Origin: an uncultured Pelagibacteraceae bacterium | Lineage (GTDB): Bacteria > Pseudomonadota > Alphaproteobacteria > Pelagibacterales > Pelagibacteraceae | Direction: 5' to 3' | NCBI GenBank assembly: GCA_902599805.1 | Contig: CACKGP010000002.1 | Span: 15,570-79,569, forward strand | Length of the DNA stretch: 64,000 nt | In this document: piece by piece, positions 27,325 through 36,053 of the stretch | Position numbering within the stretch: the first letter of the stretch is position 1 | Layout: the number at the start of each line of letters is the position of its first letter | The notes under the pieces: model-generated | What the model saw: the letters and a program-made list of their open reading frames with translations, nothing else | Database searches by the model: none | What the model was told of the DNA's origin: nothing | Made by a program: the position numbers and the translations under genes

Positions 27325-27966
27325 ATGAAAAATTATGTAAAAACCTTATTAGGTGCTCTAACGATAACAGCATTTACAGCAAGCTCTGCTTACTCAGGAA
27401 TGGGAGTTAGCCTAATGATGGGACAAGTTGAAACTGATGGTACAGAAACCGAGAGAACTGTTTCAGGAGTTACATCAGAAAAAAATAGTGCATCAAAATC
27501 TGAAAAATACCTTGGTGGATCAGTTTTTTTTGAAGGAGAAGTAGGATCTTTCACACTAGGTTTGGATGTTGTTCCATTTAAAATTAAATTAGGTGACGGA
27601 AAAAGAACAGATACTACGTCTGACGCAAACGAAAGTACGCAAGAAGATGGTACTGTTAAAGCGGAAGCAAATCTTGATTACCTTACAACTTTATATGCAC
27701 ATTATCCACTTACTGGAGACTGGTATGCTGGATTGGGATACCACATGACTGAAGTTTCAACTGACGAAACACTTCACACATCGTCATATGGTGATGAAAC
27801 AATAAACGGTTTTCAATACTCTATCGGTAAAAACTCAGGAAACTTAAGATATGAATTAAGTTATTCTGATTTTGACGATATATCTTTAACATCTTCTAAC
27901 GGAGATAAGATTTCAGCCGATGCTGATAACTTAATGTTCAAACTTTCTTACTTAATAGGAAATTAA
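27325..27966 (+). CDS. Small outer-membrane beta-barrel-like protein
   Basis: 213 aa with signal peptide (ITAFTASSAYS/G) and alternating hydrophobic beta-strand pattern (LRYELSYSDF, LMFKLSYLIG). Monocistronic, lying between a 190-bp intergenic region and a strong terminator. Confidence 0.6.
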   Translation: MKNYVKTLLGALTITAFTASSAYSGMGVSLMMGQVETDGTETERTVSGVTSEKNSASKSEKYLGGSVFFEGEVGSFTLGLDVVPFKIKLGDGKRTDTTSDANESTQEDGTVKAEANLDYLTTLYAHYPLTGDWYAGLGYHMTEVSTDETLHTSSYGDETINGFQYSIGKNSGNLRYELSYSDFDDISLTSSNGDKISADADNLMFKLSYLIGN

Positions 27967-27990
27967 TTAAATATTAAAAAAGAATTTATT

Positions 27991-28022
27991 AAACCCGTAT
28001 AATTATATTATACGGGTTTTTT
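27991..28022. terminator. Hairpin terminator between convergent genes
   Basis: AAACCCGTATAAT-TAT-ATTATACGGGTTT, then TTTTATTTTT on the plus strand. The last codons and stop of the minus-strand gene lie inside the hairpin. Confidence 0.65.
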
Positions 28023-29093
28023 ATTTTTATAAATTAACTTTAGTAAAATAGGCACTACGAAAAGTATCATTAATAATCTTATTATATGGTGAAAAGAAAC
28101 AAACTCCGGATCTAAATCAAAAAAAATAGCGATTACAGCAACCTCATAAATTCCTCCAGGGCAATAAGATAGCAAAAGTGTAAAAAAATTTTTATCTATA
28201 ACTTGTCCAGCTGCATAAGCTGCAACAATTCCTAATATGACTAATAAAAAGGTGGCAACAAAACTATGTGCAGAATTTTTAGCTATTTCTTTAAAAGTTT
28301 TATTAGCAAATCTACAGCCAACTGATGACCCCAGTATTAATAAACAATAATCAATTATATTAGGAGGCAATTGGTAAGAGGCTATATCTGTAATTTGTAA
28401 AAAACCACTTGCCACTAAAGTACCCGCGAGTAATGCAGCAGGAACTTTCAATTTATCGAAAATAATTATCAAAATAATTGACAAGCTAACTAATATTATC
28501 AAATGAAACAAATTTTGATTGATAATTACTTTTTCAATAGTTTTAATATTTTCTGTTTCGTAGAAACTATTAACTATAAAAGGAAATATTGTTATAATTA
28601 TAATCAATCTTATTAAATGAGCAGTAGCAACTTGACTTAAATCAGATTTTTCATCTTCAGCTAAAATTAACAAAGGACCAAGCGCACCTGGTGCAGCTGA
28701 AAAAACAGAAGTCTTTTTTCCATAACCTGAAAATTTTTGAAGATACTTTGAAACAAGTAATACGCTTATTATTATGTAGGCCAACATAATAAATGATGTC
28801 CAAACCCACTTGTGCATTTGTGCAAATAAATCTTGATCAATATAATTACCAATATAAAGACCTAAAAAAATTAAAACTGTACTTAAAACTAATCTTGGCA
28901 TTTTTGTTCTTATTCCACCAAGGGTTACAATTGAAGTAATCAACATTGGACCTAAAAACCATGCCAAAGGAACATTAAAATAATCAGCTACTAAAGCAGC
29001 TGGAATAGATATTACGATTACCCAAGCAAATTCTTTAGATAAGATCTGTTTAAAATTTTCTTTATTAAATGGAATTGCTTGGTTATTCTGCAT
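28008..29093 (-). CDS. AbrB-family (COG3180, so-called putative ammonia monooxygenase) membrane protein
   Basis: 361-aa polytopic protein with an internal duplication and the motif PLAWFLGPMLITSIV. Confidence 0.65.
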   Translation of the reverse strand: MQNNQAIPFNKENFKQILSKEFAWVIVISIPAALVADYFNVPLAWFLGPMLITSIVTLGGIRTKMPRLVLSTVLIFLGLYIGNYIDQDLFAQMHKWVWTSFIMLAYIIISVLLVSKYLQKFSGYGKKTSVFSAAPGALGPLLILAEDEKSDLSQVATAHLIRLIIIITIFPFIVNSFYETENIKTIEKVIINQNLFHLIILVSLSIILIIIFDKLKVPAALLAGTLVASGFLQITDIASYQLPPNIIDYCLLILGSSVGCRFANKTFKEIAKNSAHSFVATFLLVILGIVAAYAAGQVIDKNFFTLLLSYCPGGIYEVAVIAIFFDLDPEFVSFHHIIRLLMILFVVPILLKLIYKNKKPV

Positions 29094-29098
29094 AATTA

Positions 29099-29869
29099 AT
29101 GAATATAGGTTTTTTAGGAACAGGACACATTACATATTCGACTATACTAGGTATTTTTAAATCTAATTTAAAAATCAAAAAAATTTATATATCTCCTCGT
29201 AATAAAACTATAGCAAAAAAACTTAATAAAAGATTTAAAAAAGTAACTATTGCAAAAGATAATCAACAATTAATAAATAAATCCAATTGGGTTTTTTTAG
29301 CAATTACACCACAGGTTGGAAAAAAAATCTTAAGTAAACTTAACTTTAAACAAAGTCAAAAAATTGTAAGTTTTATTTCTACAATAAATCTTGCTCAACT
29401 TAAAAAATATATTGGTAAAAAAAATAAAATAGTGAGAGTTATACCTCTCCCTCCAATATCTAATAAACTAGGACCAATACCTATTTGTCCACCTGATAAG
29501 CAAGTAAAAGGTTTTTTTAACAAATTAGGAACTGTGATAGAAATTAGAAACGAAAAGCTATCGAACAATTTCTGGGTTTCGTCATCAATGATGGCTCCTT
29601 TTTACGAATTATTAAAAGTATTATCTGATTGGTTAGTAAAACGAGGAGTTAAAAGAAATGAGGCACAAAAATATGTTACATCTTTATTCATAGCATTATC
29701 TGTTGACTCATCTCTCAATTCGAAAAAAGATTTGAAATATCTGGTGAAATCTTCTCAAACTCCAAGAGGATTAAATGAACACGCATTAAAATATTTAAGA
29801 AAGGCTGGATTTTACAGACATTTCTCAAAATCTTTGAACAGTATCCTTAAAAGATTAAACAATGTATAA
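29099..29869 (+). CDS. Pyrroline-5-carboxylate reductase-family NAD(P) oxidoreductase (divergent ProC-like)
   Basis: 256 aa with Rossmann N-terminus MNIGFLGTGHIT, VFLAITPQ, VRVIPLPP, and QTPRGLNEH (compare GGTT in ProC). Confidence 0.65.
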   Translation: MNIGFLGTGHITYSTILGIFKSNLKIKKIYISPRNKTIAKKLNKRFKKVTIAKDNQQLINKSNWVFLAITPQVGKKILSKLNFKQSQKIVSFISTINLAQLKKYIGKKNKIVRVIPLPPISNKLGPIPICPPDKQVKGFFNKLGTVIEIRNEKLSNNFWVSSSMMAPFYELLKVLSDWLVKRGVKRNEAQKYVTSLFIALSVDSSLNSKKDLKYLVKSSQTPRGLNEHALKYLRKAGFYRHFSKSLNSILKRLNNV

Positions 29870-29875
29870 TTTTTT

Positions 29876-30670
29876 ATGCAGTCAGATTCTAATATTCTTC
29901 AGGTCAAAAACCTTTCTAAATCGTTTGGAGGATTAAAGGCAATATCAGATTGCTCTTTAAAAATTAAAAAGGGGTCTATCACCGGAATCATTGGACCAAA
30001 TGGATCTGGGAAAACTACATTATTTAATTTAATATCAGGTAATCTCAAATCATCTCATGGTACAGTTTTATTTAATAATGAGGATATCACAAACATTCCT
30101 TCTTATGAATTATTTTCAAAAGGGGTTTTAAGAACTTTTCAAATTGCTCATGAATTTACAAATCTTACAGTTTTAGAAAATTTAATGATGGTTCCTGGAG
30201 GTCAATCAGGTGAGAAATTAGTAAACGCACTTTTTAAACCAAGTCTTGTTAAAAAAGAAGAAATAAAAGTAAAAGAAAAAGCACTTAAAGTAATTGATTT
30301 TTTAAATTTAAAACATCTTTCAAACGAACTAGCTGGAAATCTATCGGGTGGACAAAAAAAACTACTGGAGCTTGGGAGAACTATGATGGTTGATGCAAAA
30401 TTAGTTTTATTAGATGAGGTAGGTGCTGGAGTAAATAGAACTCTTTTGAAAGATATAGGAAGTGCAATTTTAAGATTAAATAAAGAGCAAGGATATACAT
30501 TTTGTATGATCGAACATGATATAGAGTTCATAAGCCGTCTTTGTGATCCTGTTATTGTTTTATCAGAAGGTTCTGTATTATTTGAAGGAAGTCCAGATCA
30601 AGTAAAAAAAAATGAAAAAGTTATTGATAGTTATTTAGGAAGAGGATCAAAATCAAAGGGTAATAATTAA
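29876..30670 (+). CDS. LIV-type ABC ATPase (LivG-like), second system
   Basis: Walker A GPNGSGKTT, signature LSGGQKKLLE, Walker B VLLDEV. Confidence 0.92.
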   Translation: MQSDSNILQVKNLSKSFGGLKAISDCSLKIKKGSITGIIGPNGSGKTTLFNLISGNLKSSHGTVLFNNEDITNIPSYELFSKGVLRTFQIAHEFTNLTVLENLMMVPGGQSGEKLVNALFKPSLVKKEEIKVKEKALKVIDFLNLKHLSNELAGNLSGGQKKLLELGRTMMVDAKLVLLDEVGAGVNRTLLKDIGSAILRLNKEQGYTFCMIEHDIEFISRLCDPVIVLSEGSVLFEGSPDQVKKNEKVIDSYLGRGSKSKGNN

Positions 30671-31377
30671 TGGCATTTTTTGAGGGAATAAAAATGACAG
30701 GAGGGTATGGATCTGGTCCAGATATAATCTCATCTTGCTCTGTAAATGTGAATAAAGGTGAAATAGTTTCAATTTTAGGTCCAAATGGTGCTGGAAAATC
30801 TACAGCAATGAAAGCCATGTTGGGATTGTTAAAACTTAAATCAGGAAAAGTAGTTATTGATGGCAAGGATATTTCGAATTTAAATCCCCAAGATAGAGTT
30901 AAACTCGGAATAGCATTTGTTCCTCAAAACCGTAATGTATTTGCAGGATTAACTGTTAGAGAAAATTTAGAGATGGGAGCCTTTCTAAGAGATGAAAATA
31001 TTAAAGAAATTTTAGATAGAATTTATGAGCTCTTTCCAATTTTACATGAAAAAAAATCACAATTAGTTGGAGAATTATCTGGCGGACAAAGACAGCAAGT
31101 TGCCCTTGGAAGAGCTTTGATGATAAAGCCATCTGTCTTAATGCTCGATGAACCGACCGCTGGAGTTTCGCCAATAGTTATGGATGAGTTATTTGATCAT
31201 ATTCTAAAAGTTAAAAAAACAAATGTTGCAATATTAATGGTTGAGCAGAATGCAAAACAGGCTTTAAGTATATCAGACAGAGGTTACGTTTTAGTTACAG
31301 GGGAGAATAGATATTCTGGAACTGGCAAAGAATTGTTAAATGACCAAAGAGTTAGAAGCTCTTTTCTGGGAGCTTAA
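30670..31377 (+). CDS. LIV-type ABC ATPase (LivF-like), second system
   Basis: Walker A GPNGAGKST, signature LSGGQRQQVA, Walker B LMLDEP. Confidence 0.92.
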   Translation: MAFFEGIKMTGGYGSGPDIISSCSVNVNKGEIVSILGPNGAGKSTAMKAMLGLLKLKSGKVVIDGKDISNLNPQDRVKLGIAFVPQNRNVFAGLTVRENLEMGAFLRDENIKEILDRIYELFPILHEKKSQLVGELSGGQRQQVALGRALMIKPSVLMLDEPTAGVSPIVMDELFDHILKVKKTNVAILMVEQNAKQALSISDRGYVLVTGENRYSGTGKELLNDQRVRSSFLGA

Positions 31378-31378
31378 A

Positions 31379-32389
31379 ATGGATTTCTTAAACGCAATAA
31401 TTTTACTTTTAAATTACATATTTGTCCCCGCGTTATCTTATGGTTCACAATTAGCCCTTGGAGCAATTTTTGTGTCATTAATTTATGGAATTTTAAGATT
31501 TGCTTACTTCACAGCTGGAGATCTTATGTCTTTTGGTACGATGTTTACAATTTTATTTACATGGTATTTTCAATCTTTAGGAATAGGTTTGGGATTTCTT
31601 CCAACAGCATTAATTGCAATACCGTTTGGTATAATTGTAACTATTTTTTATGTGCTTCTGAAAGATAAATTAGTTTTTAGTTATTATAGAACTAAGAAGA
31701 GCCCGCCTGTAATGCTAGCAATGGTAAGTATTGGAACCATGTTTGTTACTCAGGCTATAGTAAGAATTATTATCGGACCTTTTGATAGAAGATTTTTTGA
31801 TGGAGAAAAATTTATTATAAGAGCAAACGAGTTTAAAGAAATGACAGGTTTAAACGAGGGACTTGCTATAAAATCAACACAAGTAATAACTTTATTTGTA
31901 ACAATTATAGTTGTTTCAATATTATTTTGGTTTTTGAATAAAACAAAAACAGGAAAGAGTATGAGAGCTTATTCAGACAATGAAGATTTAGCTCTCTTAT
32001 CTGGAATAGATCCCAAAAAAGTTGTTATGACTACCTGGGTGATTGCAGCAATTTTAGCAACAATTGGTGGAGCTTTGTATGGATTAGATAAAAGTTTTAA
32101 GCCATTTACTTATTTTAACAATATGTTGCCAATATTTGCTGCTGCTATCGTCGGTGGCATTGGAAATCCATTTGGAGCTTTCTTAGGTGGATATGTTATC
32201 GCATTTTCAGAAATACTTTTGACATATGCTTATAAAAAGTTTTTCGTCTATCTTTTACCAGAAAATCTAGAACCAGAAGGACTTTTACAATTACTATCTA
32301 CAGACTATAAATTTGCAGTTTCTTTCTCAATTTTAGTTGTAGTTTTATTATTTAGACCTTCAGGTATTTTTAAAGGGAAAGTTTTATGA
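31379..32389 (+). CDS. LIV-type ABC permease (LivH-like), second system
   Basis: ATG at 31379, 1 nt after the upstream TAA (the track start at 31340 overlaps it). Polytopic, with the motif RAYSDNEDLALLSGI. Confidence 0.88.
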   Translation: MDFLNAIILLLNYIFVPALSYGSQLALGAIFVSLIYGILRFAYFTAGDLMSFGTMFTILFTWYFQSLGIGLGFLPTALIAIPFGIIVTIFYVLLKDKLVFSYYRTKKSPPVMLAMVSIGTMFVTQAIVRIIIGPFDRRFFDGEKFIIRANEFKEMTGLNEGLAIKSTQVITLFVTIIVVSILFWFLNKTKTGKSMRAYSDNEDLALLSGIDPKKVVMTTWVIAAILATIGGALYGLDKSFKPFTYFNNMLPIFAAAIVGGIGNPFGAFLGGYVIAFSEILLTYAYKKFFVYLLPENLEPEGLLQLLSTDYKFAVSFSILVVVLLFRPSGIFKGKVL

Positions 32390-33756
32390 GAAATAATTTA
32401 GATGTAATCGCTGCATACTCAATAATGTTAGGTCTAATAATTCTTGTTGGCTTTCTTCAGTCATGGAGCATTGCGTTATCAATCTTATGCTTGTGTTTAA
32501 TCTCTGCAGTTATGACAATAGGTGCCAATATTCAATGGGGATATGCAGGATTAATCAATTTTGGAATAATGGGATACACAGCGCTTGGAGGTTTAGCAGC
32601 AGTATTGGTTTCAGCTCCTCCAGTTGAAGAAGCGTGGAGAGCTGGCGGTTTAAACATTTTATTATGTGCATTCATAATTTTTTCGATGATTTTTATTATT
32701 CGTTTAATAATCAAAAAATTTAGCAAATTGAAAAATAGGAACTACATTATTGCAGCAATAATAATAGTTGGAATAATCTTATTAAGATTGATATCTGCAC
32801 CAGCTATAGAGTCAATCGAGGCAGTTAATCCGGCAACAACTGGCTTTTTGGGCGGCATGGGCTTACCAATAATATTTTCTTGGATCGTTGGAGCTTTTTT
32901 TGCAGGGGGCTTAGCATACGTAATTGGAAAGATTGCATTAGGACTAAGAGCAGATTATTTAGCGATAGCAACACTATTAATTTCTGAAATTGTAATTGCA
33001 GTAATTAAACATGAAGACTGGCTATCACGTGGAGTAAAAAATGTAATTGGTTTAAAAAGACCAGTCCCCTATGAAATAGATTTGCAAGGTAAAGAATGGT
33101 TTATTAATCTAGTTCAGAAATTTCATCAGGGAAGTTTAAACTTAATTTCAGATAATTTAGAAAAACAACAAGCTTTAAAACAATTGGTTATTGAATCCTC
33201 AACTGTTTTCGTGAAATTATGTTTTGCAGGACTTTTTACAGCTGTAGTAATAGCACTTTTAATTGTAACCCAAAAAGCTCTTTATTCTCCTTGGGGAAGA
33301 ATGATGAGAGCAATTCGTGATAATGAAGAAGCAGCAAACGCGATGGGAAAGAATGTTGTTAAACAACACCTTTTAATATTTGTTCTTGGTTCTGCAATTG
33401 TAGGAATAGCAGGAGCAATGCTGGTGACATATGATGGATTATTCACTCCAGGTAGTTATAGACCTATGAGATACACGTTTTTAATTTGGGTAATGGTCAT
33501 TGTTGGAGGAAGCGGAAATAATTTTGGAGCAATCCTAGGAGGTTTTGCTGTTTGGTTTTTATGGATTGAAGCAGCTCCAATTGCTTTATTCTTAATTAAT
33601 TTCTTCACAAGTGGGTTAGATGAAACAAATGCTTTAAAAGTCCACCTTATCGATAGTATACCATATTTTAGATTTTTAATGATGGGAATCGGATTATTAT
33701 TAATAATGAGGTACAGACCAAAAGGTATTTTACCAGAAAAAATAAAAAGAGTATAA
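32386..33756 (+). CDS. LIV-type ABC permease (LivM-like) with an extra about 100-aa insertion
   Basis: 456 aa with LRADYLAIATLLISE and RDNEEAANAMGK. A hydrophilic insertion (WLSRGVKN...QQALKQLVIESS) lies between the TM blocks. Confidence 0.88.
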   Translation: MRNNLDVIAAYSIMLGLIILVGFLQSWSIALSILCLCLISAVMTIGANIQWGYAGLINFGIMGYTALGGLAAVLVSAPPVEEAWRAGGLNILLCAFIIFSMIFIIRLIIKKFSKLKNRNYIIAAIIIVGIILLRLISAPAIESIEAVNPATTGFLGGMGLPIIFSWIVGAFFAGGLAYVIGKIALGLRADYLAIATLLISEIVIAVIKHEDWLSRGVKNVIGLKRPVPYEIDLQGKEWFINLVQKFHQGSLNLISDNLEKQQALKQLVIESSTVFVKLCFAGLFTAVVIALLIVTQKALYSPWGRMMRAIRDNEEAANAMGKNVVKQHLLIFVLGSAIVGIAGAMLVTYDGLFTPGSYRPMRYTFLIWVMVIVGGSGNNFGAILGGFAVWFLWIEAAPIALFLINFFTSGLDETNALKVHLIDSIPYFRFLMMGIGLLLIMRYRPKGILPEKIKRV

Positions 33757-33760
33757 AAAA

Positions 33761-33789
33761 AAGCCTCAGCAGTTTTACCGCTGAGGCTT
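33761..33789. terminator. Bidirectional hairpin terminator between convergent permease and binding-protein genes
   Basis: AAGCCTCAGC-AGTTTTACC-GCTGAGGCTT. On the minus strand it is followed by T8, making it the stronger terminator for the binding-protein gene. Confidence 0.7.
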
Positions 33790-33801
33790 TAAAATTAATT
33801 T

Positions 33802-34983
33802 TTATCTTTGTTTCTTATTTTTAAACTTACCGCCTTTAACCTCTTTTTCTATGAAGTTACCGACGTGTTCTCCAACATCTGTAAATTTAACAGCAGTTGC
33901 TCCTTCGTAATCAATTGATTTACCTTTAGCTAAAAGATCCAAACCTTTTTTTAGCTCTCCAGGGTAAATCTTAGTACCTGGCGCATTTGCAACAGACATT
34001 ACGTTTTTAGCTATTGATCCACGATCAGCTGAACCTCCAGCTTGCATCGCAAGAACAATAAGTGCTGCAGCGTCATAAGATTCTCCAGTGTACGGACCAG
34101 ATGAGTCAATTCCAGCTGCACTAGCAACCTTTTTAAAAACTCCTGCTCCTTTACCTAGAGAACCAGGTAGAGAACCAAAAGATTTATTTAAGCTTTTACC
34201 AAAAGTATCTGTAAGTGAGTCACCAATCATACCGTCTGATAAAATAAATGTATCAAAGGCACCAGAATCAAGAGATCCTTGGATTATTCCCTTACCACCT
34301 TGGTCAAGATAACCAATTACAGCAACAGCATCTCCACCAGCAGAAGCTAATGTTGATACTTCAGAACTGTAGTCAGCTTTACCATCTTCGTGAGCGTTAA
34401 CAGTTGTTACTTTAATACCGTGAGCTTTAACGGCTGCTGAATAAACATCAGCAAGTCCTTTACCGTAGTCATTATTTGTATAAGTAATTGCAACGCTTTT
34501 AATTTTTCTATCTTTTGTAATGTCAGCTAGTATCTGTCCACCACGTGCATCAGATGGAGCTGTTCGGAAAAACAAACCTTTATCATCTAAAGTTGTTAAT
34601 CCAGGCGAAGTTGCTGATGGCGATATCATTACTATACCATTAGAAACTGCCACATTACTTGCTATAGCTCCAGTAACACCAGAGCAGTCCGCTCCCATAA
34701 TCGCAGCAACACCTTGAGATACTAATCCCTCGGCAGCCGTTGTAGCTGCAGCTGAATCAACACAAGTTGAGTCTGCTCTTATCGGTTTAATTTTTTCTCC
34801 ACCAAGTAACGAACCTGAGTCAGAAGCTTCTTTAAAAGCTAATTCTGCTGAAGCCGCCATAGCTGGTGTTAAAGATTCAATTGGACCAGTGAATCCTAAA
34901 ATTATACCCATTTTAACTTCTGCAAAAGTGTTTGTAGTCAAGACTGACAAATACATAATTGCAGCAATAAATACTTTTTTCAT
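33802..34983 (-). CDS. LIV-type ABC substrate-binding protein, second system
   Basis: 393 aa with signal peptide (LTTNTFA/EV) and a PBP type 1 pattern (GIILGFTGPIESL, MISPSATSPGLT). Confidence 0.9.
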   Translation of the reverse strand: MKKVFIAAIMYLSVLTTNTFAEVKMGIILGFTGPIESLTPAMAASAELAFKEASDSGSLLGGEKIKPIRADSTCVDSAAATTAAEGLVSQGVAAIMGADCSGVTGAIASNVAVSNGIVMISPSATSPGLTTLDDKGLFFRTAPSDARGGQILADITKDRKIKSVAITYTNNDYGKGLADVYSAAVKAHGIKVTTVNAHEDGKADYSSEVSTLASAGGDAVAVIGYLDQGGKGIIQGSLDSGAFDTFILSDGMIGDSLTDTFGKSLNKSFGSLPGSLGKGAGVFKKVASAAGIDSSGPYTGESYDAAALIVLAMQAGGSADRGSIAKNVMSVANAPGTKIYPGELKKGLDLLAKGKSIDYEGATAVKFTDVGEHVGNFIEKEVKGGKFKNKKQR

Positions 34984-35114
34984 ATTTCCCCTCTATTAGT
35001 ATTATTAATTTGGATATTATTTACTTTTAGAGCAGACTTTTCAATGCCAAAATTTCATTTATTTACCTTGTAGATTAAGGTGATACCTCATTATATATAG
35101 ATAAAATAAAAATT

Positions 35115-35456
35115 ATGAAGAATGAAATTACATTTGACGATTACCAAAAGGTTCAAATCTCTGTTGGGACTGTTTTGAAAGTATCAAAAAATATCAAAGC
35201 AAGAAAACCTTCGTTAGTTTTAGAAGTTGATTTTGGCCCAAAAATTGGAATAAAAAAATCTTCAGCACAAATAACACATTACTATAATTCTGAAAATTTA
35301 GTTGGAAAACAAGTAATTGGTGTTTGTAACTTCCCTAAGAAAAATATTGCTGGTGTTGTATCTGAGGTTTTAATTTTAGGGGCTATAGAAAAGGATGGCA
35401 AAGTAGTTTTGGTCCATCCCTCACAAAAAACAGAAAATGGTTTGGATATTGCTTAA
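35115..35456 (+). CDS. csaA: tRNA-binding domain protein CsaA
   Basis: 113 aa with VGTVLKV...LVLEVDFG...SSAQIT...LVGKQVIGVCNFPKKNIAGVVSEVLILG, the EMAP/CsaA OB-fold pattern. Confidence 0.88.
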   Translation: MKNEITFDDYQKVQISVGTVLKVSKNIKARKPSLVLEVDFGPKIGIKKSSAQITHYYNSENLVGKQVIGVCNFPKKNIAGVVSEVLILGAIEKDGKVVLVHPSQKTENGLDIA

Positions 35457-35459
35457 AAA

Positions 35460-36050
35460 ATGTATCCTCAGTTTTTAACTTTAATTTTATTCGGAATAGC
35501 AACATCTTTTACTCCAGGCCCAAATAATATAATGGCGTCTCACTCTGGTTTTAATTTTGGATTTAAAAAAACCATACCTTTAATGCTGGGCGTTATTTTT
35601 GGTTGGACATCTATGTTAATTTGTATGGAAGCTGGATTAATAGTTATCTTTCAAAAATTTGAGATATTACAGTTAATTATAAAAATTTTAGGTAGCTTTT
35701 TTCTAGTCTATCTAGCTTATAAAATTGCATTTTCAAGCAATACAAATAAGACAATAGTCAAACAACCAATAGGTTTTTTCGAAACATTTTTTTTTCAATT
35801 TATTAATCCTAAGGGCGTTGTAGTAGCCATGATAACTGTCTCAACGTTTGTAGATGTTCAATTTAATTATTTAAGAGACTCTATAATAGTTACTACGGTT
35901 TATTTCTTTATGGCAATTGGAAGCATTACTACATGGTCTTTAATTGGAAAATATTTGAGAAAATTTGCCACAAGTAAAAAATTTATAACAAATTTTAACT
36001 ATACAATGTCTTTTTTGCTTATCGTTTGCGTAATTTTGTTCTATGTATAG
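35460..36050 (+). CDS. LysE/RhtB-family exporter
   Basis: 196 aa with TSFTPGPNNIM and FINPKG motifs. Confidence 0.85.
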   Translation: MYPQFLTLILFGIATSFTPGPNNIMASHSGFNFGFKKTIPLMLGVIFGWTSMLICMEAGLIVIFQKFEILQLIIKILGSFFLVYLAYKIAFSSNTNKTIVKQPIGFFETFFFQFINPKGVVVAMITVSTFVDVQFNYLRDSIIVTTVYFFMAIGSITTWSLIGKYLRKFATSKKFITNFNYTMSFLLIVCVILFYV

Positions 36051-36053
36051 GGC

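Noticed and set aside
34984-35114. Sigma-54-type promoter (TTGGCAT...TGCT) upstream of the second LIV binding-protein gene
   Set aside because: The spacing between the GG and GC elements is 13 nt rather than the required 10, so it is a chance match.
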